A DNA stretch of 64,000 nucleotides, taken from assembly GCA_963702435.1 (NCBI GenBank), contig CAVPCR010000001.1, positions 864,001 to 928,000 on the forward strand, read 5' to 3'. This document shows, one piece after another, positions 42,453 through 51,512 of this stretch (its first letter is position 1; each line of letters begins with the position of its first letter). The notes beneath the pieces were generated by a model. The model was given only the letters and a program-made list of their open reading frames with translations, made no database searches and was not told the origin of the DNA. Made by a program: the position numbers and the translations under genes. Source of the DNA: Candidatus Eiseniibacteriota bacterium (lineage in GTDB: Bacteria; Eisenbacteria; RBG-16-71-46; CAVPCR01).

Positions 42453-45400
42453 ATGTCCCTCCGCTACGCGTCTCTGACCCTCCTCTCGATCGCCCTCGGT
42501 TCCCTCGCCCTCCTGCCGGCTCTTCCTGCGGCCGGGGCACCCGCCTACGAGGCCGAGAGCGATCTCATCGAGGTCATGTTCGCACCCGAGTCCAGCGTTC
42601 GGATGCGAGCGGGGGATCTCGTCGACCTCTCGACCAACGCGCTCGACGGGGTGGCGGCCGTTCTCCAGAACGTGTCGCCGTTCTCCTGGTCGCGGATCTC
42701 GGATGTTCCCGAGCAAACGCTCGACGACATCCAGGCGCGCGGCGAGGCGAACACCGGCCAGGACATCTACAACCTGAATAACATCTACCGCCTCCGCTTC
42801 AACGCGACGGCGGGCGATGTCTGGGCGCTGAGCGCGCGCCTCGAGGCGCTCCCCGGCATCCTCCGCGCCCGCCCCGTGCCGAAGCCGGTCCCGGCACCGC
42901 TCCCACCCAACTACCAGCCCAGCCAGAACTACGAGGATCCCGCCCTCGCCATCCCGACCGGCGTCGACGCCGAGTACGCCTGGACGCAACCGGGTGGGGA
43001 CGGCACCGGGATCACCATCTGCGACCTCGAGTACAGCTGGAACTACAACCACAACGACGTCACGAAGGCGCTGGGGTCACAGATCAACTTCAACACCGCC
43101 GATCCGTTCAATGACCGGAACCACGGCACGGCGGTCATCGGCGAGCTCGTCTCCGACGACAACCTGCCGAACTGGGGCACGAAGGGCGTCTCCTTCAGCG
43201 CGAATCTCAGGACGTGCGGCACGTACTATGGCCTTCCGGCGAGCTGGAACGTGCCCGGCGCGATCGCGGTCGCGATCGCCAACCTGCAGCCCGGGGACGT
43301 CATCCTCCTCGAGCAGCAGTGGGCCTACACGAACGGCGGCACGGACTACATCCCGATCGAGTGGTGGACTGACTACGCGCCGGGACCGCAGAGCTTGAAC
43401 GGGGTCTACGCGGCGATCGTCAATGCGGTCGCGGTCGGGATCCACGTGGTCGAGGCCGGCGGGAACGGGAACGTCGACACCGGCCTCCTCACCTGGTACG
43501 GCGACTCCGGCGCCATAATCGTCGGCGGCGGCGGCGCGTACCCGGGCGGCGTGTACCCGCAGGGGAACCTGGAGCGCCTCTCGTTCTCGAGCTACGGGCC
43601 GCGCTTCAACCTCCAGGGATGGGGCGAGAACGTGGTGACGACCGGCTACGGCGACCTCTTCAACCTGGAGGGAACGAACCGCTGGTACACCAATACGTTC
43701 GCCGGCACCTCGAGCGCCTCGCCGATCGTCGCGGGCGCCGTGGCCTGTGTGCAGGGGTACTACCTCGCCAACATCTCCCCCCTGCCGCTCGCGCCGGCCC
43801 TGATGCGCACGCTCCTCGTCAACACGGGGACGCCGCAGGTCTTCGGCCTCCCGGGAGCGATCGGACCGCGGCCGGACTGCCTGGCCGCGATCCAGGCGCT
43901 CACTCCGCAGAACGACCGGGAGTACGGCGACGCGCCGGAGAACGCCCTCGCCTACCCGAACCTAGGCGTGATCGGCCAGTTCCCGACCTGTGTCGCCAGC
44001 GGCGCGCCCGGCACGTTCGTGAGTCACGCCGCCGGCGGCGCGCCCCCGGTCTACTTCGGTCCAACCGTCGACTACGAGCCCGAAGGAAACGCCGGCAACT
44101 GTCCCAACTTCCCGCCGTACGACGCCGACGAGTGCTGGAACGACGGCGACGCGGGCCTCCTCTTCCCGCCCGTGTTCACCATCAATCCAGCTCTCCAGAT
44201 CGTCCCCTGCAATCCACCGAACACGGGCGGCCTCGGCGTGCCGTGCAACGTGGCGCAGTGGGGTCCGAACCTCGACATCATCGTGTCCAACAACGGACCC
44301 CCCGCGTTCGTCAACGTGCTCATGGACTGGGACCAGAACGGCCGATGGGGCGGGGCCGCCCAGTGTCCGTCCGCGCCGGCGCCCGAGCATGTGCTCGTCA
44401 ACTTCCCGGTTCCGGGCGGGTTCTTCGGCCCGCTCTCCGCGCTCGCTCCGCCGGGGTTCCTGATCGGCCCGAACGGAGGCTACGTCTGGACCCGGTTCAC
44501 GATCGCGGAGGCCATGGTGCCCCCGGGCTGGAACGGCGCCGCCACCTTCCAGACCGGCGAAACCTGCGACTACCTCCTCTGCATCGAGGAGGAGCGGCGG
44601 GAGTACGGCGACGCGCCGGAGGGCGCCACCGCGTATCCCTCGTCGGGAGTCCTCGGCGCGTTCCCGACCTGCATGGGCAGCGGACCCGCCGGCTTCATCG
44701 CGCATCAGAGCACCGGCCGCCTCTTCTTCGGGCCGGCGGTCGATCTCGAGCTCGAAGGAAACGCCGGCAACTGCCCGAACTTCCCGCCTTACGACGCCGA
44801 TGAGTGCTGGAACGACGGCGATTCGGGCCTCATAGCGCCCGGCGCCTTCACGATCGGGGCGGGTCTCGCCGTCGTCCCCTGCATGGGCGCGCCGGGTCCG
44901 CTCGGGAACGCCTGCACGACGGCGAACTGGGGCCTGACCATGGACGTGCAGGTGACCAACACGACGACGCAGGATGCCTACGTCAACGTGCTCATGGACT
45001 GGAACCAGGATGGCACGTGGCAGGGCGGCTCGCCCTGTCCGATCGGGGTCGCGCCCGAGCACGTGCTCGTGAACTTCATCGTGCCGGCCGGCTTCGCCGG
45101 CCCGCTCTCGGCGCTCGGCCCGCCGGCGTTCCTGATCGGCCCGAACGCGGGGTACGTCTGGAGCCGCTGGACGGTGAGCGATGCGCCGGTCGTCGGGAAC
45201 TGGGACGGGAGCGGCGTCTTCCGCGACGGGGAGACCTCCGACTACCTCGTCGAGGTTCGTCCCGAGGTGCGCATCGACTACGCGGACGCCCCGGAGGGGG
45301 CCCTCGCCTATCCGGCGGCGGGCACGATCGGCAGGTTCCCCACGTGCATGAACGTGGGCCCCGCCGGCTTCATCACGCATCAGGCGAGCGGGCTCCTCTT

Positions 45401-46256
45401 CCTCGGGCCGACAGTGGACGCCGAGACCGAGGGCAACGCCGGCTCTTGCCCGGTGTTCCCGCCGTACGATCGGGACGAGTGCTGGAACGACGGCGATGCC
45501 GGCCTCCTGATCCCGAGCCCTTACACGATCGACGGGGCGTTCAACATCGTCCCCTGCCCGCAGGGCCCGGGCGCTCCGCTCGGCACGACGTGTAACACCG
45601 CGATCTGGGGGCTCAACCTGGATCTCCAGGTGACGAACCGGAGCCCCGGCGATGCGTTCGTCAACGTGCTCATGGACTGGAACCAGGACGGCATGTGGCA
45701 GGGCGGCTCACCGTGTCCGACCGGAGTGACGCCCGAGCACGTGCTCGTCGACTTCCTGGTCCCGGCCGGATTCAGCGGGCCGCTCTCGCTCCTCGCCCCG
45801 CCGCCGTTCGTGATCGGCCCGCACTGGGACTTCGTGTGGAGCCGGTTCACGACCAGCGATGTGCCCGTGGGCCCGGGCTGGGACGGCACCGGGAGCTTCG
45901 GGGACGGCGAGACATCGGACTACCTGCTCGAGATCCGGCGGGACGTGGCCGGCCTCGAGAACGAGGCGGCCCCGATCGTCTCGACGCGTCTCCTCGCGCC
46001 GGCGCCGAATCCGTTCTTCAGCGCCACGACCATCGGCCTCGAGCTCGCCCAGGCGGGCGAGGTGTCCCTCGGTGTCTACGATGTCGCCGGGCGCCGGATC
46101 CGCACGCTCTTCGCGGGCGCGAAGAGCGCGGGCCGTTACCGGATCACGTGGGACGGGCGGAACGACGCCGGAGCGCGCGTCGCTTCCGGCATGTACTTCG
46201 TCCGGCTCACGAGCGAGGGCCGGACCTCCACGCGGCCGCTCCTGCTCGCGCGGTAG
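42453..46256 (+). CDS. Secreted S8 peptidase with three GEVED-like repeats and a FlgD-Ig/T9SS-like C-terminal domain
   Basis: ICDLEY / HGTAVIG / AGGNG / GTSSASP; three repeats of about 225 aa; APNPF...VYDVAGRRIRTL...WDGRNDAG..VASGMYFVRL. Confidence 0.9.
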   Translation: MSLRYASLTLLSIALGSLALLPALPAAGAPAYEAESDLIEVMFAPESSVRMRAGDLVDLSTNALDGVAAVLQNVSPFSWSRISDVPEQTLDDIQARGEANTGQDIYNLNNIYRLRFNATAGDVWALSARLEALPGILRARPVPKPVPAPLPPNYQPSQNYEDPALAIPTGVDAEYAWTQPGGDGTGITICDLEYSWNYNHNDVTKALGSQINFNTADPFNDRNHGTAVIGELVSDDNLPNWGTKGVSFSANLRTCGTYYGLPASWNVPGAIAVAIANLQPGDVILLEQQWAYTNGGTDYIPIEWWTDYAPGPQSLNGVYAAIVNAVAVGIHVVEAGGNGNVDTGLLTWYGDSGAIIVGGGGAYPGGVYPQGNLERLSFSSYGPRFNLQGWGENVVTTGYGDLFNLEGTNRWYTNTFAGTSSASPIVAGAVACVQGYYLANISPLPLAPALMRTLLVNTGTPQVFGLPGAIGPRPDCLAAIQALTPQNDREYGDAPENALAYPNLGVIGQFPTCVASGAPGTFVSHAAGGAPPVYFGPTVDYEPEGNAGNCPNFPPYDADECWNDGDAGLLFPPVFTINPALQIVPCNPPNTGGLGVPCNVAQWGPNLDIIVSNNGPPAFVNVLMDWDQNGRWGGAAQCPSAPAPEHVLVNFPVPGGFFGPLSALAPPGFLIGPNGGYVWTRFTIAEAMVPPGWNGAATFQTGETCDYLLCIEEERREYGDAPEGATAYPSSGVLGAFPTCMGSGPAGFIAHQSTGRLFFGPAVDLELEGNAGNCPNFPPYDADECWNDGDSGLIAPGAFTIGAGLAVVPCMGAPGPLGNACTTANWGLTMDVQVTNTTTQDAYVNVLMDWNQDGTWQGGSPCPIGVAPEHVLVNFIVPAGFAGPLSALGPPAFLIGPNAGYVWSRWTVSDAPVVGNWDGSGVFRDGETSDYLVEVRPEVRIDYADAPEGALAYPAAGTIGRFPTCMNVGPAGFITHQASGLLFLGPTVDAETEGNAGSCPVFPPYDRDECWNDGDAGLLIPSPYTIDGAFNIVPCPQGPGAPLGTTCNTAIWGLNLDLQVTNRSPGDAFVNVLMDWNQDGMWQGGSPCPTGVTPEHVLVDFLVPAGFSGPLSLLAPPPFVIGPHWDFVWSRFTTSDVPVGPGWDGTGSFGDGETSDYLLEIRRDVAGLENEAAPIVSTRLLAPAPNPFFSATTIGLELAQAGEVSLGVYDVAGRRIRTLFAGAKSAGRYRITWDGRNDAGARVASGMYFVRLTSEGRTSTRPLLLAR
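43917..45935 (+). repeat. Triplicated domain of about 675-681 bp within the S8 gene
   Basis: Units start near 43917, 44598 and 45273: Y(G/A)DAPE...FPTC...DECWNDGD...VNVLMDW...EHVLV...W(T/S)R...GET(C/S)DY. Confidence 0.9.
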
Positions 46257-46291
46257 CGGGCGGGCTCACGCTCTCGCCGGCGTGACGTGAG

Positions 46292-46321
46292 GCGGCGGGT
46301 CTCCGCGAGGAGGCCCGCCGC
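46292..46321. terminator. Hairpin between convergent genes
   Basis: GCGGCGGGTCTCC-GCGA-GGAGGCCCGCCGC. Confidence 0.5.
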
Positions 46322-46351
46322 TTCCGCGCGGCGCGCGGCGGGGCAACCCGG

Positions 46352-46585
46352 CTAGCTTGCAGCGCGGAAGGCCCGGCTCGCTTCGCGCGGGACCTCGATG
46401 GCGACGAAGAGCCGGCGCGGGTAGAGATAGTCCTGGCCCGTCTCGTCGATGACGCGGACAAGGGCCCTTTCGTCGGCGTCAGGGTCGGGCAGGCGAATGT
46501 AGACCCGGCGCGCGACCAGGGACGCCGGATATCCGCGATTGGATAGGCACAGGACGAACTGCCGTCGATGGTTCCGCTGAGTCAT
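46352..46585 (-). CDS. Small conserved hypothetical protein (partner of the upstream small gene)
   Basis: FVLCLSNRGYPASL..RRVY..LPD...LVRVIDETGQDYLYP, a motif I recall from a widespread small-protein family. Confidence 0.75.
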   Translation of the reverse strand: MTQRNHRRQFVLCLSNRGYPASLVARRVYIRLPDPDADERALVRVIDETGQDYLYPRRLFVAIEVPREASRAFRAAS

Positions 46586-46592
46586 TGCCAAC

Positions 46593-46829
46593 CTACTTGC
46601 CCAGAATGCGTTGGACCTTGATTCCCCGGCGGCCGACACCGGATGCTTCGTACCAGTGCACCGCGGCAAGGAAGGCGGGCCCACCTCGTACTCGTACCCA
46701 GGCCACACCCTTGAGCTTGCGCCAGCGACCGGGCCCGTAGGCCCGCTCGATTCTTGCGAGTTCCCTGATACCGCGACCGGTGGCGATGGTCTCGACCCTG
46801 CCTATTCTCCCAAGCACTTCTACTATCAC
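46593..46829 (-). CDS. Small basic conserved hypothetical protein
   Basis: ETIATGRGIREL.R....YG.GRWRKLKG.A...HWYEASGVG. Confidence 0.75.
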   Translation of the reverse strand: MIVEVLGRIGRVETIATGRGIRELARIERAYGPGRWRKLKGVAWVRVRGGPAFLAAVHWYEASGVGRRGIKVQRILGK

Positions 46830-46991
46830 AGAGACCCCAGTCAGGACCGGTGCTCCGGCGCCGGGTGCAGTTGAACTCTGACATATGGGGTCTCGTGCGC
46901 TCAGATGGTACCGGCAGGCGGCCAGATCGGATCAACAAGAATCTTTGCGAATCCCCCACCCCTGCACGGCGGATCCCTCGCCAACCGTCCG

Positions 46992-47861
46992 TTACGGGGT
47001 CCCATCCCTCGCGAACACCCGGGGCGGCATCCCGGGCGTGAGGAGGAAGATGTCCGGGTAGTTTTTCCGGATCGCGTCGATCTGCGCGGGCGTCTCGCCC
47101 TCGAGCCGGATCGGGAGGTGCATGAGCGCGATGTGGCGGGGCGCGAGGACCTCCTTGAGCAGGCGCTCGCCCTCCGGGCTCGTGGGAAACCAGGCGTGCA
47201 CGAGCGCGAGATCGATGTCCGCGCTCGCCAGCCCGAAGCTCGCGAACTGCTCGACCTGTGCGCTCGAGTCGCCCTCGTGGAAGACGCGCCAGCCGTCGAG
47301 CTCGACGAGGTACATGAAGTTGTGCGGGCTCGCGCGGTTCCCGCTGTGGAAAGTGCGGAGCGCCGTGACCGGGATGCCCGCGGGATCGAGCCGCGCCTTC
47401 TCCCCGACCTGGATCGCGGGCGACAGGACGCGCGACTCGATCCTGGTCCAGTCCGCAGCCGCCTCTCGCATGGCGGCGACCGCGTCGGCGGGCGCGACGA
47501 GGACCGCTCCCGGAAAGGCCTCCAGGTAGCGGACGGCGAGCGCCGGGGCGAAGTGATCCGGATGGTCGTGCGTGACGAGGACGAGATCCACGCCGGCGAA
47601 GGGCGGCGTGCCGCTCATCATCTTCGCGAGGACGTCGGGCGCGGGCGCCCGGTACTCCGGATTGGGCCGGTCGAAGAGGGCGTCGATGAGAACCTTGCGC
47701 TCGCCGGCGGAGAGGAGAACTCCTTCGTTGGCGATGGAGGCGAGGACGAGGGCCCCCGGAGGGGACGGGGGCTCCGGCGATTTCGAAGCGCAGGCCGCGA
47801 TCCCGGCCAGCGCCAGCAAGAGCGCCAGGAAGCGGCCTGATCGAGCCCGCGCCGTCGACAC
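46992..47861 (-). CDS. MBL-fold metallo-hydrolase lipoprotein
   Basis: IAAC lipobox; THDHPDH, H, HEGDS, LMH. Confidence 0.85.
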   Translation of the reverse strand: MSTARARSGRFLALLLALAGIAACASKSPEPPSPPGALVLASIANEGVLLSAGERKVLIDALFDRPNPEYRAPAPDVLAKMMSGTPPFAGVDLVLVTHDHPDHFAPALAVRYLEAFPGAVLVAPADAVAAMREAAADWTRIESRVLSPAIQVGEKARLDPAGIPVTALRTFHSGNRASPHNFMYLVELDGWRVFHEGDSSAQVEQFASFGLASADIDLALVHAWFPTSPEGERLLKEVLAPRHIALMHLPIRLEGETPAQIDAIRKNYPDIFLLTPGMPPRVFARDGTP

Positions 47862-47912
47862 GATGCACCTCCGGGGGCGCGAGCTTGACCTGGTCGCGCC
47901 CTCTCCCTCCCC

Positions 47913-50844
47913 CTATCCCTCCCCCACCAGCACGAGCCCCGCCGGGAGCGCCTCGCCGAAGGTCGCGCTCGCCTCCTCGCTGCTCGAGCTCCCCGCCCTC
48001 CGTGACGAGCACCCGCGCCCGCTCGAACGCATGCGCGCTCTTCGCATCCGCCCCCGCCGCCGCGCGCGCGATCCGTTCGGCGATCTCCGCGCGCAGCCCC
48101 TCATCGATGTCGCGCTCGCGGTCGCCGGTCCGCCGCGCGAGATGCGCGAGCGCGACCGCGGTCGCCGCGGGGAGCTTCCACTCCCCGCTCGCCAGCAGGT
48201 GCCGGATCCAGCCCTCGACCGCACGGCGATTCGCGACCTGGTTCGCCGGGCCGTGGAACGGCACCCGGGCGCCGAGCCGGCCGAGCGCCCACAGATCGGC
48301 GGCGGTCGCTCCGCGCGCGACGCGCTCGACGAGCTCCTGCCCGTAGTCCACCTTGCGCGCGCGATCGAGCGCCTCGAGGCTCGCCGCCGCGCGCCACATC
48401 TCGACCTGCTCCTGCTTCCCGAGCCGCTTCCCTTCCTTCGAGCGCTTGGCCGGGCCGGCAACGAGGGACGGCGCGAGCTGCGCATGGATCTGCTCCTGCT
48501 GGCCCTGCGAGAGACCGCCGGCGACCCGCCGCCACAGAATCCACCACTCAGTGCGGCACTGCTCGTCGCCCGGATGGAGGATCCCCGCGTGCCAGATCTT
48601 CCAGAGCTCCTTCAGGCGCCAGTCGTCCATCGGATACCCGAATCCGGGGCGGAGCGCGTAGCCCGCGAGGTTCATCCAGCGCGCGTCGTGCGCGGCGCTC
48701 TTCCGGCGCGCCTCGCGCACTTTCAAGAGCAACTCGCCGAGCTTGCGGAGCACCGGGAGCGGCCACTCCTCCTTCTCGAGCTCGATCACCTGGCGGAGCT
48801 CGCGCATGACATCGGCCGGCAAGATCGGCTGCGCGCCCTCCGCCGCCGGCTCGAAGCACGCGCGCACCACGCGCTCCATACCCTCGACGATCGATTCGTC
48901 GATCGTCACCCCGCGGTCCTCGATCGCGTCGGGAGCGCGAGCGCCGTCCTCGGTGGTGGGTGTCGTGTCGCGGAGCTGGAACTCGAGCCGCCAGCGGTGC
49001 TCGGTCTCCTTCGAGAAGCAGAAGAGATCGAGCGTGCCGAGCTCGGTCAGGCGCGCGCCGATCCTGACCGGAAGCTGCCGCTCGCCGGTCTTCTTCCCGA
49101 AGCGGAGCAGCGTCCGGATCGGCGGCAGCGGGACGAGCGCCCCCTTCTCGACGACGACGAGATCCCCGGTCGCGTCGGTGCGCACGCTCGAGGAGTAGAT
49201 GTTGAAGGCGACCGGCCGGTTCACGTGCGCGGCGAAGGCGCGCTCGAGCTCGACCGTCGTCCCCTCCTCGGTGCCGCGGCGGACGAGAGACACCGCGGCC
49301 AGCGGGTCGGCGATGCCGGCGGCCGCCGCCGTCACCTCCGGCGGCGCTGCGGCGAGATCGATCCCCACGTAGTAGCCGCGCGCGCTCCCGCCGTGGATGC
49401 GGACGCCCTTCCCGCGCCGCACGTGCCCGTAGTAGGCGGCGCCGCGCGCCACGGCGAGGGCGAGGCTCGGGCTGGTGAGGAGCGCCGGCACATAGCCCGG
49501 CTTCTCGGCGGCGAACCACCCGCCCACCACATCCCGCAATCTTTCGCGGATGGACGCCGGAGTCAGCGCCGCGCCGTTGAAGAGGATGGCGTCGGGGCGG
49601 ACGAGCCCGGTGGCGCTCGCGCTCTCCGGGTTGATGCCCGCCGCCGCGTCGCGATGCCGGCGCAGGAACGCGGCGAGGTGCCGCGTCACCGCCGGATCGG
49701 CGACGTAGGGCAAACCGAACTCGGCGATCCCCATCTTCCGCCGCTCGGGCTCCGCATCGGGCGGGACGTGCGGGAAGAAGCCGGAGAGGATCGTCTCCTC
49801 GACCTCGCCGCGCGCGAGCTCGTCCCGGAGGAGCCCGCCGACGACACTCGTCGACTTCCCGAGGAGCGTGATCGGCGCTGTCGCCGGCGCATCCGGCCGA
49901 TCATCGAGTACGTCCTCCTTGGCGAGGCGCGCCGCATGCACGAGGCCGGCCCAGGCCTGCGGTTCGAGCTTCCCCGTCTTTCCGGTGAGCCGCTCCTCCA
50001 CGCGCCGGGCGAGGGCGAGGTCCATGTTGTCGCCGCCGAGGAGCAGATGCTCGCCGACCGCCACGCGCTCGAAGCGGAGCCCTTCCCGCCCCTCGTCGAC
50101 CACGATGAGGGTGAAGTCGGTGGTGCCGCCGCCCACGTCGCAGACGAGGATCACCTGTCCGGCATGGAGATGTTCGCGCCACGACGACTCGTGGCCGACG
50201 ATCCAGGCATAGAAGGCCGCCTGCGGCTCCTCGATCATGGTCACCTGGGTGAGCCCGGCCCGCCGCGCCGCCTCGAGCGTGAGCTCGCGCGCCACCTCGT
50301 CGAAGGAGGCGGGGACGGTGAGCGCCACCTCCTGCGTCTCGAGGAAAGACGACTCCTCGCCGCGCGCGATGGCGTGATTCCACGCCTCGCGCATGTGGGC
50401 GAGGTAGCGGGTCGAGGCCTCGACCGGCGACAGGCGCGCCACCTCGTCGCTCGCGTCGCCCCAGGGCAGGATCTTCGCCGTGCGATCGACGCCGCCGTGG
50501 CAGAGCCACGACTTGGCCGAGGTGACGAGCCGGGCCGGCACGCGCGCACCCTGCCGCCGCGCGAACTCGCCGACCGCGTGGTCGCGCTCGGCCGCCCAGG
50601 GCAGGCGGGTGGCGCCCGCCGGGAGCTCGTGCGATCCCGGCAGGTAGAGGAACGAGGGCAGCGTCGGGCGCGGCTGCGTGTCGCCCTCGGCGACGAGCTG
50701 CGGGACGTCGAAGGAGCGGACGACCGGCGTCTCCCCGGATCGCTCGCGCGTATCGATGTAGGCGACCGCCGAGTTCGTGGTCCCGAGGTCGATTCCCACC
50801 AGGTAGCGCGAGCGCTGCTTCTCGTCGGCCTGCATCGTTGTCAT
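47913..50844 (-). CDS. Hsp70-family (DnaK-related) protein with DUF3731 C-terminal domain; frameshift near 47982
   Basis: GIDLGTTNS, TVPASFD, EEPQAA, DVGGGTTD, LLGGDNMD; C-terminal WMNLAGYALRPGFG.P.DDWR, WWILWRRVAGGL, ALGRLGAR. The natural end FGEALPAGL is in the adjacent frame, stop at 47913. Confidence 0.9.
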
Positions 50845-50887
50845 CCGTTTCGTTCCCTTTGGCGGTCAGTCTTCACCAGGCCATCGC

Positions 50888-51244
50888 CTATAGCGACAGC
50901 ACCAGGCGCATGCCGGCATCCACCTCGGCCAGGACCGGCGCGGAGACCCGTCCGACCCGCGCGGCCAGAAAGCGGCGATCCAGCGTCAAGAGCTGCGATA
51001 CGTTGACCACGGATTCCCGTGGCAGCTTGCTCTCACGGCGCGCGAGCCTGACGTTTCCGGGTGCTTGAGCCAGTTCGAGATTGGAGGTGATCGCCGCCAC
51101 GATCACCGTGCCGATCTGGCTCCGGTTGAACGCGTCCGACTGGATCACGAGCACCGGGCGCCGGTAGCTAGACTCGGACCCCCGAGGCGAATCCAGGTCG
51201 GCCCACCAGACCTCACCCCGCTGGACCACCATCCGGGTCACCAT
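50888..51244 (-). CDS. mazF: PemK/MazF-family mRNA interferase toxin
   Basis: QRGEVWWADL..P.GSE...RRPVLVIQSDAFN, AITSN, SVVNVSQLLTLDR. Start may be 51232. Confidence 0.93.
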   Translation of the reverse strand: MVTRMVVQRGEVWWADLDSPRGSESSYRRPVLVIQSDAFNRSQIGTVIVAAITSNLELAQAPGNVRLARRESKLPRESVVNVSQLLTLDRRFLAARVGRVSAPVLAEVDAGMRLVLSL

Positions 51245-51477
51245 GACTCGGGCGGCAGACTCGAACGTTGCATCGCATCCAGGACGGGATCAACAGTCCC
51301 CGGCGCGTCAGCCCGATACACGGCGTTGAGAGCATCCGTCACCAGGGTCTCGCTCTGCCGTTCGAGGTAAAGGGCGACCGCTCGCTGGTAGAACTGACTT
51401 CGGGAGAGGCCCAGCCGCTGAGCAGCCCGGTCAGCAGCGCGAAACAGGTCATCAGGAATCGAGATGGCTGTCTTCAT
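51238..51477 (-). CDS. Ribbon-helix-helix (CopG/ChpI-like) antitoxin
   Basis: MKTAISIPDDLF..AD..A.RLGLSRSQFY..AV; overlaps the toxin start. Confidence 0.88.
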   Translation of the reverse strand: MKTAISIPDDLFRAADRAAQRLGLSRSQFYQRAVALYLERQSETLVTDALNAVYRADAPGTVDPVLDAMQRSSLPPESW

Positions 51478-51483
51478 GGTTGG

Positions 51484-51512
51484 AGTATGACCAGATTCAT
51501 ACCGCCCGTCAA
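51484..51512 (-). promoter_or_regulatory. TA promoter TTGACG-N17-CATACT overlapping the operator palindrome GTATGA-N6-TCATAC
   Basis: Read directly. The -10 ends 6 nt before the antitoxin ATG, and the palindrome spans 51485-51502. Confidence 0.75.

Noticed and set aside
46582..50844. 1420-aa Hsp70 fusion suggested by the ORF track
   Set aside because: Read-through from a frameshift near 47982. The natural C-terminus ends at 47913, and the extension overlaps the MBL gene out of frame.
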